A DNA stretch of 64,000 nucleotides. It comes from a candidate division TM6 bacterium RIFCSPHIGHO2_12_FULL_36_22 (lineage in GTDB: Bacteria > Babelota > Babeliae > Babelales > UBA12409). The translations under genes were made by a program, and so were the position numbers. Positions 27,350-36,839 of the stretch are shown here, piece after piece. The stretch is from positions 30,624-94,623 of the forward strand of contig METK01000008.1 in the NCBI GenBank assembly GCA_001771315.1, in the 5' to 3' direction. The notes under the pieces were generated by a model. It saw only the letters and a list, made by a program, of their open reading frames with translations. It was not told where the DNA came from and made no database searches. Each line of letters opens with the position of its first letter. Position 1 is the first letter of the stretch.

Positions 27350-29278
27350 TTATTTTAAAATAGAGCCATTTACCATTGGTTTATGCGGCGTAATATAGGA
27401 TAGATTGCCATTGCCGTCATCGGCACATAGCATCATGCCCTGAGATTCCATACCCATCATCTTACGTGGTTTAAGATTAACAACAAAAACACCTTGTTTA
27501 TTTACAAGATCTTCAGGCTGGTAAAATTTCTTAATCCCTGCAAAAATTTGGCGAATACCCTTATCTCCACAGTTGACCAGCATTTTTAAAAGCTTATCTG
27601 AACCCTCAACTGGTTCAACTGATTCAATCGTTCCTACAACAAGTTGTACTTTAATAAAATCTTTAATATCGATGGTATCTGAACTGACTACTTCTTCTTT
27701 CTTTTCAATAATTTTTTCTTCTGACACTTTTGTGCTTTCAATTTTAGTAAACAATACTGGTACTTGTTTCAATTCAAATGTTTTATCCCAATTTTCTAAG
27801 CCCTTAATCACATCACCATTCAACTCAAATTGAGAGTCGATAGCATCAAGCAATGTTTCCATCTTACTTGGCATCACTGGCCAATAGATAGTACCAATTG
27901 TGCGTAGCGCATGACATGTCGCAGCAAGAACTTGCATAAAAGCTTCATTATCAGACTTAGCAAGCTTCCATGGTTCTTGGGCATGAAAATATGCGTTAGT
28001 TCTTGCAACAAAGCGCTTTACTTCTGCATAAGCCATATGCAATGAATATTCTTGAAGATACATGGCAACATCAGCAAGCATTGTTTTATTTGCTTGTTGT
28101 AGTTCTAATGCAGCATGTGACCACTTTGCTGGTGGAACAATAGTTTTTACATTGTTGAGCTGTGCAAGCATAGTCATTCGATTAAGAAGATTGCCTATCT
28201 CATTTGCAAGATCTGAAGTAATACGTTGTTCAAGATCCTCAATACTAAATGGTGAATCTTGAGTTACAGCCATCTGTGTTGTCAAAAAATAACGAACTGC
28301 ATCGGGACCATATTCTTTGTACAAAAATTCTGGATCCATTACATTGCCTAAAGACTTAGACATCTTTTGATCGCCAACCTTAATCCAACCATGAACTAAT
28401 AAATGCTTTGGCATTGATAAATCAGACGCCATTAAAAATGCTGGCCAATAAACCGCATGAAAGCGTACAATATCTTTCCCCATTACTTGGACATTAGCCG
28501 GCCACCATTTGGCAAATTGATCTTTTTTATCTTCTTGAAGATAGCCTATAGCTGTAATATAGTTATTCAGAGCATCTGCCCAAACATACGTAACATGTTT
28601 AGCATCACCTGGAAATGGAATACCCCACTTCACTGTTGTTCGAGAAATACAAAGATCTTTCAGTCCTGATTCTACGAAGCTAATAACTTCATTCATCCGT
28701 TCTTTTGGCAAGATAAATTCTGGATTATTTTTATAAAAATCCAACAGTTTATTCTGATATGCAGAAAGCTTAAAGAAATAACATTCTTCTTCAATATAAT
28801 GTGTTGATCTATTACAACTTGGACATGCTGGTCCAGATTGATTTGTATCTGTCGGTGCTCCCTGAGCTTCTTTATCGGACAAAAACGTTTCACATGGCGT
28901 ACAATACCAACCATTATAGCTGGACTTGTACACATCACCTTTATCAATCAACTGCTGCAACCATTGCTGTACTGCTTTAACATGGTACTCATCAGTTGTA
29001 CGAATAAAATGTGAATAATCTATTTCAAACTGCTTCCATGTTTCTTTGTAAGCACTGATAAAACTATCCGTAAATTCCTTTGGAGTTTTACCAGCTTTTT
29101 GCGCTGCAGCTGCAATTTTTTGACCATGCTCATCGGTACCCGTCAAAAAAAATGTTTCTTTTCCTTGCAACTTTTCCCAACGATTGAGCACATCAGCAAG
29201 AACCGTTGTATAGAGTGTACCCAGATGCGGCTTGGCTGTTACATAATAAATTGGCGTAGTAATGTAAAATGTATTCAC
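27350..29278 (-). CDS. metG: methionyl-tRNA synthetase with C-terminal tRNA-binding domain
   Basis: 642 aa, GTG start. HIGH-type AKPHLGTLY, zinc knuckles CTPC/CPSC, KMSKS (QKMSKSLGN), C-terminal Trbp111/EMAP-like domain (VGTIESVEPVEGSDKLLKMLVNCGD). Confidence 0.95.
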   Translation of the reverse strand: MNTFYITTPIYYVTAKPHLGTLYTTVLADVLNRWEKLQGKETFFLTGTDEHGQKIAAAAQKAGKTPKEFTDSFISAYKETWKQFEIDYSHFIRTTDEYHVKAVQQWLQQLIDKGDVYKSSYNGWYCTPCETFLSDKEAQGAPTDTNQSGPACPSCNRSTHYIEEECYFFKLSAYQNKLLDFYKNNPEFILPKERMNEVISFVESGLKDLCISRTTVKWGIPFPGDAKHVTYVWADALNNYITAIGYLQEDKKDQFAKWWPANVQVMGKDIVRFHAVYWPAFLMASDLSMPKHLLVHGWIKVGDQKMSKSLGNVMDPEFLYKEYGPDAVRYFLTTQMAVTQDSPFSIEDLEQRITSDLANEIGNLLNRMTMLAQLNNVKTIVPPAKWSHAALELQQANKTMLADVAMYLQEYSLHMAYAEVKRFVARTNAYFHAQEPWKLAKSDNEAFMQVLAATCHALRTIGTIYWPVMPSKMETLLDAIDSQFELNGDVIKGLENWDKTFELKQVPVLFTKIESTKVSEEKIIEKKEEVVSSDTIDIKDFIKVQLVVGTIESVEPVEGSDKLLKMLVNCGDKGIRQIFAGIKKFYQPEDLVNKQGVFVVNLKPRKMMGMESQGMMLCADDGNGNLSYITPHKPMVNGSILK

Positions 29279-29349
29279 AAAATTCCTAATCTGAAAACAA
29301 AATTTTTAAGATCTTTATCTAATAGTCTACCGCGAATAACGAGATTGGT

Positions 29350-29397
29350 GAACTACTCGCCCCAAAGGAGCGAGAATGCGCAAACTTTTTAGTTCAA
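29350..29397 (+). repeat. 48-bp palindromic intergenic repeat, copy 2
   Basis: GAACTACTCGCCCCAAAGGAGCGAGAATGCGCAAACTTTTTAGTTCAA, in the divergent metG/symporter intergenic region. Confidence 0.85.
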
Positions 29398-29516
29398 AAT
29401 TATTCCATCCATTTAAAGGCTTAAATAAAAGCATAATTTCACTTTTTGTATGCACTTATAGTTCCTACGATTGATCTATTAAATCTGGCACAATAAAGAT
29501 AAATGATATACCTTTA

Positions 29517-29545
29517 TTGACCACCTGTCATAGAATTGGTAATCT
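29517..29545 (+). promoter_or_regulatory. sigma70-like promoter candidate upstream of a mini-ORF/leader
   Basis: TTGACC-N17-TAATCT read directly from the sequence. No experimental support. Confidence 0.35.
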
Positions 29546-29733
29546 GAAGGTGTAGAATCAATTATATGAGAGGATGTCCATGAATAATTTCAATTTCTTA
29601 TCCAGCAGTATGCTATCACTATTCATTTCTAGGCTCCCTCATCTTCATCATCACTCCAACTAAAGGCTTTATCGACCAGCCTTGATGGTCTTTTTTGTTG
29701 TATATTTAAGTTTTAAGTTATCAGGAGTTTTTG

Positions 29734-31119
29734 ATGAATATTTATTTTATTTCCATTTTTTCAATTTTAACCATTATTTATTTGTATCTTGGCTATATTG
29801 CTTCCAAACGTATAAGTACACTTAAAGACTATTTTTTAGCCGGCAGAGATCTTGGATTTTTTGCTTTGGTATCTACTTTAATTGCCACTCAATTAGGTAG
29901 CGGAACTCTACTAGGGATTGCCCAAAAATCATATGAAGTTGGATATTATGGCATCCTATATGCTCTTGGCATGAGTATTGGTTTCATTATCCTCAGTCTT
30001 GGACTTGCATCAAGAATGCAGGCTCTTGATGTAGCAACTACGGCAGAGCTTTTTGAAACACGATATAATAGTGTAACTTTGAGAAAAATTGCCTCAATTT
30101 TATCCATTATTACATTATGCGGAATTCTTATTGGTCAGATTGTCGCCTCTCGAGAATTTATTGTTGGTATCTTTCAGTCTCAGTCTCTAGGCACAGAGAT
30201 TATGTTCCTACTATTCTGGATCTTTATTATTACCTATACCATTCTAGGTGGTTTGAAAGCAGTTGTTATCACAGATGTATTCCAACTCTTTTATATCATT
30301 GTAGTATTTACTGGAATTTTTGTTTATGCCCTTTGGCAAGAACCAGCAAGCTTTTTTAAGGTTTCTAATCTTTTAGGCACCCAAAAACAATTTAATATAT
30401 CATATTATGAGCTTATGACTTTTTTACCCACCTTAATTGCACCAGCATTATTTAGTCTTATTGAACAAGATCTTGCTCAACGCTTCTTTTCTGCACGTAC
30501 CAAAATAATTGCAACAAGCTCAGCCATTGTTTCCAGTATCTTCATGATTGCTTTTGCAATTATTCCTATTTATTTTGGCATGCAAGCAAAACTGCTTAAC
30601 TTAATCATTCCAGCAGGAAGCAACCCACTCATACCAGGGTTGCAATACTATGCCAATAACTTTGTTTTTGCACTGCTAATATGCGGCCTTATTGCAGCTA
30701 TTACTTCAACAGCAGATTCTTTGCTTTGTGCTATAAGCTCCAACGTTGCACAAGATTTCAAATTCAGTTTTCTTGGAAACAAACAATCAATTCAGCGGTC
30801 ACAATGGATCACCTTGTTTGTCGGAATAAGCATGCTTACCCTCTCCTATTTCATTAATGCAGGGATCATTGATATCATTATCAGCAGCTATAGCATCTCT
30901 ATTAGTACCCTCTTTGTGCCACTCATTATCTGCTATTTTAAAAAGAATGTTTGTAGACAAGCCGCATGGGCCAGTGTAATTATAGGTGCCATTTCCCAAA
31001 TTCTTTTTTGGTTGTACCCAGTATTTCTTGCTGACCTCTATATTATTGGTATCGCAACATTGGCATTCATATTGACCAGTTATACCTGTAAAAAGCTTAA
31101 AACCGGTAGTTATAATTGA
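29734..31119 (+). CDS. sodium:solute symporter family transporter (second SSF paralog)
   Basis: About 461 aa polytopic protein. YFLAGRDLGFFALVSTLIATQLGSGTLLG is an SSF-type N-terminal region. ATG at 29734 with AGGAG 6 nt upstream; the track start at 29731 is TTG. Confidence 0.75.
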   Translation: MNIYFISIFSILTIIYLYLGYIASKRISTLKDYFLAGRDLGFFALVSTLIATQLGSGTLLGIAQKSYEVGYYGILYALGMSIGFIILSLGLASRMQALDVATTAELFETRYNSVTLRKIASILSIITLCGILIGQIVASREFIVGIFQSQSLGTEIMFLLFWIFIITYTILGGLKAVVITDVFQLFYIIVVFTGIFVYALWQEPASFFKVSNLLGTQKQFNISYYELMTFLPTLIAPALFSLIEQDLAQRFFSARTKIIATSSAIVSSIFMIAFAIIPIYFGMQAKLLNLIIPAGSNPLIPGLQYYANNFVFALLICGLIAAITSTADSLLCAISSNVAQDFKFSFLGNKQSIQRSQWITLFVGISMLTLSYFINAGIIDIIISSYSISISTLFVPLIICYFKKNVCRQAAWASVIIGAISQILFWLYPVFLADLYIIGIATLAFILTSYTCKKLKTGSYN

Positions 31120-31181
31120 CTTTTATGGCCAATAATATAATATATATAAAGGTTATATTTACATAAATATGAAGGAAACTT

Positions 31182-31970
31182 ATGAAAAAGTTAATATTCA
31201 CAACTGCGTTTGCTTCTAAGATCTTGTTAGTAACGCTCCTTGCCTCTATGACTTCACAATCTATTATTGCAAAAGAACGAGACACTCAAACTGAAAATAT
31301 GGTACTTCAACTTATAGGGGACCCCTCAATCGCCGTAATTGAAAATATGGCAAAAAACCTACAAATCAAAGATTCTGCTATTGTAGATAAGGTTATACAA
31401 CAAGTAAAAGACCAGCTTCAAAATAATATCGAAACAATTACCGAGATTTATCTTAAAGAATTCTCCAAGAAAGAACTTCAACAAATTGTTAACTTTTTTA
31501 AAGGTGAATTGGGATCAAAATACAGTAAATTTAGCGCAAATGTTGTCCAAAATAGTGATTACATGCAACTTCTAACTCCCATCTTTGCAGAGGCTATACA
31601 ATCTCTCCAATCAATGCTCCCTAAGCAAAATGCACCTCAAATGGTGGAAGCCTCAAAGGAAATTGAAGCTATTAGTTCACAAGCTGAATTAGATATCCTT
31701 CTCAAAGAAAATAACTTGGTTGTTCTTAAATTCTACTCTGATTCATGTCCACCTTGTAAAATGCTCAATGGACCCTACAATGAACTAGCAGAAAAGAACA
31801 ATGAAATTAAGTTTGTTTCTGCCAACCTTAATGTTGCACAAGAACTAGCTAAGAAATATTCTGTTACAAGTATTCCTGCAGTTAAAATTTTCAAAAACGG
31901 TGAACTTGTAGATGAGGTCATTGGATACAATCCTGACAAGCTAAAAGAACTCATCACAAAAAATAAATAA
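31182..31970 (+). CDS. exported DUF2059-like domain fused to a thioredoxin domain (CPPC)
   Basis: 262 aa. Signal peptide. The middle region EIYLKEFSKKELQQIVNFFKGELGSKY resembles the DUF2059 core (FT..EL..l..FY.sp.G.K). The C-terminal thioredoxin fold is VVLKFYSDSCPPCKMLNGPYNELA...SIPAVKIFKNGELVDEVIG. Confidence 0.65.
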   Translation: MKKLIFTTAFASKILLVTLLASMTSQSIIAKERDTQTENMVLQLIGDPSIAVIENMAKNLQIKDSAIVDKVIQQVKDQLQNNIETITEIYLKEFSKKELQQIVNFFKGELGSKYSKFSANVVQNSDYMQLLTPIFAEAIQSLQSMLPKQNAPQMVEASKEIEAISSQAELDILLKENNLVVLKFYSDSCPPCKMLNGPYNELAEKNNEIKFVSANLNVAQELAKKYSVTSIPAVKIFKNGELVDEVIGYNPDKLKELITKNK

Positions 31971-31995
31971 CTCCAACTCCAAAAAAGGACATTGT

Positions 31996-32373
31996 ATGAA
32001 CAATACTCAAGCAGAAAAATTAGTGCTTGAATTGGTTGGCAATCCAATCATTGAACATGTAGAGCATATGGCAGAAATAGCTGAAATTGAAGATTCCGCA
32101 GTTTTAAATGCCACTAAAAAAAAGGCTCTAGCAAATTTAAAGCAAAATCTATCTGAAGTAACAGAATATTACCTCAATGAATTTTCAATTGAAGAACTCC
32201 AAAAGATCGTCGAGTGGAACTCAAGCGAACTGGGAATTAAACATAGAAACTTCTACGAAGACAGTATGTCTGATCAACTACATATGCAAATGATCATGCC
32301 TCCTCTCAAAGAAATAATCGAAGATCTTGAAAACGCAGCACCAGATGCTGAATATGAAGAAGAAGAAGATTAG
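31996..32373 (+). CDS. DUF2059-like protein (no signal peptide, acidic tail)
   Basis: 125 aa. It aligns by eye with the N-terminal half of the upstream gene (LVLELVGNPIIEHVEHMAE.. vs LQLIGDPSIAVIENMAK..; EYYLNEFSIEELQKIVEWNSSELGIKH). Confidence 0.6.
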   Translation: MNNTQAEKLVLELVGNPIIEHVEHMAEIAEIEDSAVLNATKKKALANLKQNLSEVTEYYLNEFSIEELQKIVEWNSSELGIKHRNFYEDSMSDQLHMQMIMPPLKEIIEDLENAAPDAEYEEEED

Positions 32374-32390
32374 ATTTTTTAAATAAAGAT

Positions 32391-32428
32391 AAAAAAAAGA
32401 CCCGCAATTAATTGCGGGTCTTTTTTTA
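32391..32428. terminator. bidirectional rho-independent terminator
   Basis: Perfect palindrome AGACCCGCAATT/AATTGCGGGTCT flanked by an A8 run and a T7 run, between convergent genes. Confidence 0.8.
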
Positions 32429-32439
32429 GCTATTTAATT

Positions 32440-34248
32440 TTAGCTGGAACGCTTTCGCATACCTGCTTTCAATATCTTTTTACGAAGTCGAATACTTTCT
32501 GGCGTCACTTCAATAAGTTCATCTGGACGAATCCATTCCATACATTTTTCCAAATTCATGACACGTACTGCACCAATTTGTGCTGCTTCATCTGTACCAG
32601 AAGCTCGCATATTAGTAAGTTTTTTTGTCTTACATGGATTAACTTCAAGATCAACTTCTCGACTATTTTCACCAATTACCATACCTTCATACACTTCTTG
32701 TCCTGGCTTAACAAAGAACTCACCACGAGATTGAAGATTGTCGAGAGCATACGTTGTAATTTTACCTGGTTCCATCGTAACAATGGCACCTTTATTACGT
32801 GTTGGAATATCACCTTTATATGGTTCATAACCTTTGAAACTCACATTTAATAAACCAGTACCACGAGTATCTGTTAAAAACTGACTTCTGAATCCAATAA
32901 GTGCACGTGATGGAATAGCAAATTCCATCTTTATTCTTCCTTCACCACTTGGTGATATATTGGTTAATTCAGCTTTTCTGCTACCAAGACTCTCCATAAT
33001 AATACCTTGGTGAATTTCTTGGATATCCAAAATAAGATTTTCAATTGGCTCATGTTTAGCGCCATTGATAGTCTTATAAATCACTTCTGGAGCTGAAAGT
33101 TGTAGCTCAAATCCTTCACGACGCATGTTTTCAACTAAAATTCCAAGGTGTAACTGACCTCGACCAGAAAGCTTGAATGATTCTGGTGAATCAGTTGGCT
33201 CTACACGAAGTGCTACGTTAGTTTCTAATTCTTTTTCAAGACGTTCCTTAATCTGACGAGATGTCAAAAGTTTGCCTTCTCGTCCATTGAATGGAGAATT
33301 ATTAACTGATAAATACATAACAAGTGTTGGTTCATCAATAGCAACATATTTACAAGGTAATGGCTTATCAACATTGCAAAGCGTTGTATTAATCTTTATC
33401 GGATCACTAAATCCGGTAACAGCAACAATATCACCAAACTTGGCCTTATCTACTTCAAGCCGATTAAGACCTTCAAATTTGTAAATTTTTGTAATTTTTG
33501 ATGGCTTGCTGACTTTATTATCAAGACAACTAATAAAAGACATACCTACTGTCATTTCACCACTAAAAATACGGCCAATCGCAATAAGACCCAAATAATC
33601 AGAAGAGTCAAGACATGTTGTTAAAAACTGAAGCCCTTCGCTTGTTTGTTCTTCTGGTGGACTAATGTACTCTAGAATTGCCTCAAAAAGAGGTATCATA
33701 TTACCTGAACGTTGGGTTGAATCTGTAGATACATATCCATCTCTAGAAGATCCATATAAAACTGGAAAATCTAACTGGTTTTCATTGGTAGCTAAATCTA
33801 AAAACAAATCATGAATTTGAGATTCAGTTGCCTCAATTTGGGCATCTTTTCTATCAATCTTATTGATAACCACAATTGGTTTAAGATTAAGATTTAACGC
33901 TTTTTGAAGCACAAATCGCGTACCAGGTAGCACACCTTCAGCAGCATCAACGAGCAAAATAAAGCCCTCAACCATCTGTAAAGTTCGTTCTACCTCTCCA
34001 CCAAAGTCAGCGTGACCTGGGGTATCAACAATATTAATGAACTTATCTTTATATTTGATACCAGTATTTTTTGCTAAAATGGTAATACCACGCTCTTTTT
34101 CGATAGCATTCGAGTCCATAATCCGATCATCAGTCTCCTTGATCGTACCAGACTGCTGAAGCAACTCATCAACCAAGGTAGTTTTACCATGATCCACGTG
34201 CGCAATAATAGCAATATTTCTTATATCTGATCTTATCTTCTTATCCAT
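32440..34248 (-). CDS. typA: translational GTPase TypA/BipA
   Basis: 602 aa. IRNIAIIAHVDHGKTTLVD, DTPGHADFGGEV, NKIDR, and the BipA-type C-terminal domain. Confidence 0.95.
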   Translation of the reverse strand: MDKKIRSDIRNIAIIAHVDHGKTTLVDELLQQSGTIKETDDRIMDSNAIEKERGITILAKNTGIKYKDKFINIVDTPGHADFGGEVERTLQMVEGFILLVDAAEGVLPGTRFVLQKALNLNLKPIVVINKIDRKDAQIEATESQIHDLFLDLATNENQLDFPVLYGSSRDGYVSTDSTQRSGNMIPLFEAILEYISPPEEQTSEGLQFLTTCLDSSDYLGLIAIGRIFSGEMTVGMSFISCLDNKVSKPSKITKIYKFEGLNRLEVDKAKFGDIVAVTGFSDPIKINTTLCNVDKPLPCKYVAIDEPTLVMYLSVNNSPFNGREGKLLTSRQIKERLEKELETNVALRVEPTDSPESFKLSGRGQLHLGILVENMRREGFELQLSAPEVIYKTINGAKHEPIENLILDIQEIHQGIIMESLGSRKAELTNISPSGEGRIKMEFAIPSRALIGFRSQFLTDTRGTGLLNVSFKGYEPYKGDIPTRNKGAIVTMEPGKITTYALDNLQSRGEFFVKPGQEVYEGMVIGENSREVDLEVNPCKTKKLTNMRASGTDEAAQIGAVRVMNLEKCMEWIRPDELIEVTPESIRLRKKILKAGMRKRSS

Positions 34249-34445
34249 ATACTTTTTTTATTCCTAATGATTGATTTGTGTCCCTCGAATTGGCTTACTA
34301 CAGCCCCTTTGTATAGATTACAGCAAATATTTCTCTTTGTAAATTCCATCCTTCATTTTTTTTGGCTTTGTTGTTTGGCATAGATAGAATAAGTGATATA
34401 CTAGTACATATAGGTAATTTTTAGTAAATTTTAGGGTAATTATTT

Positions 34446-35354
34446 ATGTTTTCACTCATTTATCCCTTTGCCGTTCTTGCAAGTGGGATTACAGCTAATA
34501 AGATGATTTTGAGAGATTTACCAGCAATCTTCTTTGTTGGTATCCGTATGATTCCTGCCGGTCTTATATTGCTAACCTATATATTGATTAAAACTAACCT
34601 TAAAAGCTTTCTGACTAAGATAAAAGATTATTCTGGATGGCTAGCTATTGCCACCTTTTTTACAACCTTTTTTCCGGCTTTGTGTAAAGCATATGCATTA
34701 AAACATACCCTTTCATCTAAGGTTGCCCTGATTGGAAGCTTGGATCCATTTATTACAGCCATCTATGTATACTTTATTTTTGGTGAAAAGCTTACGCGCA
34801 ATAAGCTTTTTGGTATTCTCCTTGGATTCACTGGAAGTATTATCCTGGTATATTACCATTCTGGCCAGACACAAAATATTGAGTTTTTTGGCTTTCTGTC
34901 CTTAGCTGAATTGGCAGCCTTCGGTTCAGTAGCCTTAAGTCGATTTGGTTGGATTTATGTACAAAAGCTCCTACGCACTAAGCAGTTTACTCCTATGGAA
35001 GTCACTGCAGTTACAATGCTAATCGGTGGAATTTTAGCCCTTTTCACAGCTATTGTATTAGGCGAAGGCACCCATGCCACACTACAACTCACACCTACAA
35101 TCATAATGCTCCTGATTTATACAATCTGTATAGGCAATGTCATTGGTTATAACCTATATGCTCGACTACTTAAGCATTATAGTTCAACCTTTGTAGCTCT
35201 GTCAGGATTTAGCCTCCCATTCTTCGTATATCTCTATGGCTGGCTCATAATTGGCGAACCTTTATACATAAGCTTCTTCATTTCAGCAGCCATAACTTTC
35301 CTCGGACTTCTTGTATTTTATAAAGATGAAATCAAGACAGCTTTGCATAGATAA
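34446..35354 (+). CDS. EamA/DMT-family transporter
   Basis: 302 aa with 10 predicted TM helices in two EamA-like halves. Substrate unknown. Confidence 0.7.
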   Translation: MFSLIYPFAVLASGITANKMILRDLPAIFFVGIRMIPAGLILLTYILIKTNLKSFLTKIKDYSGWLAIATFFTTFFPALCKAYALKHTLSSKVALIGSLDPFITAIYVYFIFGEKLTRNKLFGILLGFTGSIILVYYHSGQTQNIEFFGFLSLAELAAFGSVALSRFGWIYVQKLLRTKQFTPMEVTAVTMLIGGILALFTAIVLGEGTHATLQLTPTIIMLLIYTICIGNVIGYNLYARLLKHYSSTFVALSGFSLPFFVYLYGWLIIGEPLYISFFISAAITFLGLLVFYKDEIKTALHR

Positions 35355-35424
35355 CCTGTAGACAATTTTAACTCTATTTGTATACTTATAAAAGAATTAT
35401 TAAACTCACAAATGAAAGCTCAAT

Positions 35425-36234
35425 ATGAAGAAATTATTACTTTCTATCTTAATTTTAACGACAATTACCCCCTGTTACTCTAAAACTTGGGAAGCTAGCT
35501 TCAAGTCTGCAGTTGGTTTTGCAGCTGGTGCTGCAACCGGTGTAGGAACCGCAGAGGGACTCAAATATACTTTTCAAGACCCATATTATTCTCAATACTC
35601 CGCATTTTCATTAGGTGATCAACCAAAACTCAATGCTGCTATTTATACAGCGTCATTTTTCCTTGGTGGTTACATTGGTAAAAAAATTGGATACTATTGT
35701 ACTCCAGATTCAAGATTCAAACGAGCAAAAAAGTTGGTCCAAAGTATTGATACCAAATTACTCGATATTTGTAGCTATGGATGCCAGAATGTTGGTATGT
35801 GTTATGTATATGATGCTGACAAATTTTATTACGGTATCAAAACTTGGTATGCACATAGCAAATTTCCTCTCCGCTCTGCATTTGAAAATTTGATCCAACA
35901 ACAATATAAATTAACCAAAGCAAAATCACTTCTAGAGTCTACACGAGAAAAAGCTACATTTACTAAAGCTTCTGATCGTCTTTTAGATGTAATTTACAAT
36001 GCACGAATGATCATTTTAGAAGCGAGTATGGCACTCAAAGAATGTCCGAATTGGATTGAAGAATCACTAGCTTATGAAGCAGAACAAGCGCGATTAGCAC
36101 AAGAAAGAATTGCACGAGCACAAGAAGATCAAGCACGTGCGCAACATTCTTTGGCTACTGCAACATGGATAAATGCTCTTCAATCAAAAAAACAAAATAA
36201 TATTTATATCGATAATCACAATTATAACAACTAG
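35425..36234 (+). CDS. hypothetical exported/membrane protein (family A, paralog of 36840..37526) with coiled-coil tail
   Basis: 269 aa. Signal peptide, Gly/Ala-rich hydrophobic segments (AVGFAAGAATGVGTAEG; AAIYTASFFLGGYIG), helical body, then C-terminal EAEQARLAQERIARAQEDQARAQ. Confidence 0.6.
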   Translation: MKKLLLSILILTTITPCYSKTWEASFKSAVGFAAGAATGVGTAEGLKYTFQDPYYSQYSAFSLGDQPKLNAAIYTASFFLGGYIGKKIGYYCTPDSRFKRAKKLVQSIDTKLLDICSYGCQNVGMCYVYDADKFYYGIKTWYAHSKFPLRSAFENLIQQQYKLTKAKSLLESTREKATFTKASDRLLDVIYNARMIILEASMALKECPNWIEESLAYEAEQARLAQERIARAQEDQARAQHSLATATWINALQSKKQNNIYIDNHNYNN

Positions 36235-36261
36235 CTTATAGCCATTTTTTTAAGGAATTTT

Positions 36262-36714
36262 ATGAAAAAATTAATGTTGATATCTCTTTTATCTCTTTCA
36301 ACTCTCAGTTTTGCTGAATCTGGAACCTCAGTAGAATCAAATGTAGAGTGGATTTTGAATGAAACACTAACTAAATCACTTGCAAGCGATATTACTCGTT
36401 TGTTTGCTTCACAACCTAATCTTACACAACAAGAACAACAAGAAGCTGAAAAGGTTATGGGTCAAATTTTCGATAAACTCTTTGAATTGATGAAACAAAA
36501 TGTACCCGCTATCACTAATATTTATCTAAAGTATTTTACAGCAGAAGAAATTGAACAATTAGTAAGTTTATATAGAAGTGAGCTAGGACAAAAATTGATC
36601 CTTGTTCAAGGTTCAATGATGAATAACATAGCAGAATTTTTACAGCCTCAAATTATAAACATAATCAATGATCTAAGCAGTGATTTTGCGAAATCTGATA
36701 TGATTATTGCTTAA
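36262..36714 (+). CDS. exported DUF2059-like protein
   Basis: 150 aa. Signal peptide, then NIYLKYFTAEEIEQLVSLYRSELGQKL (DUF2059-like core). Confidence 0.6.
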   Translation: MKKLMLISLLSLSTLSFAESGTSVESNVEWILNETLTKSLASDITRLFASQPNLTQQEQQEAEKVMGQIFDKLFELMKQNVPAITNIYLKYFTAEEIEQLVSLYRSELGQKLILVQGSMMNNIAEFLQPQIINIINDLSSDFAKSDMIIA

Positions 36715-36739
36715 AAAGCATTATATATAACCTCAACAG

Positions 36740-36769
36740 ATCCCCATGTTAACGCATGGGGATTTTTTT
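36740..36769 (+). terminator. rho-independent terminator
   Basis: ATCCCCATG-ttaacg-CATGGGGAT followed by T7. Confidence 0.75.
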
Positions 36770-36839
36770 ATTGCTTTTCTTTGACAATCGTCTAGACTCT
36801 GTAAATGATGTTTTTTATCTCAAAAAAAGGATGCATATT

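Noticed and set aside
29279-29349. Looked for T-box or other leader elements upstream of metG (and upstream of gltX at 47303..47419).
   Set aside because: I could not recognise the conserved T-box sequence or a specifier-loop architecture. The regions are short and AT-rich. A covariance-model scan would be needed to be sure.
36756-36839. N-terminal extensions of track ORFs 36756..37526 and 37483..37938.
   Set aside because: The proposed start codons lie inside strong rho-independent terminators (36740..36769 and 37535..37567). Better internal starts with SD sequences and signal peptides exist.
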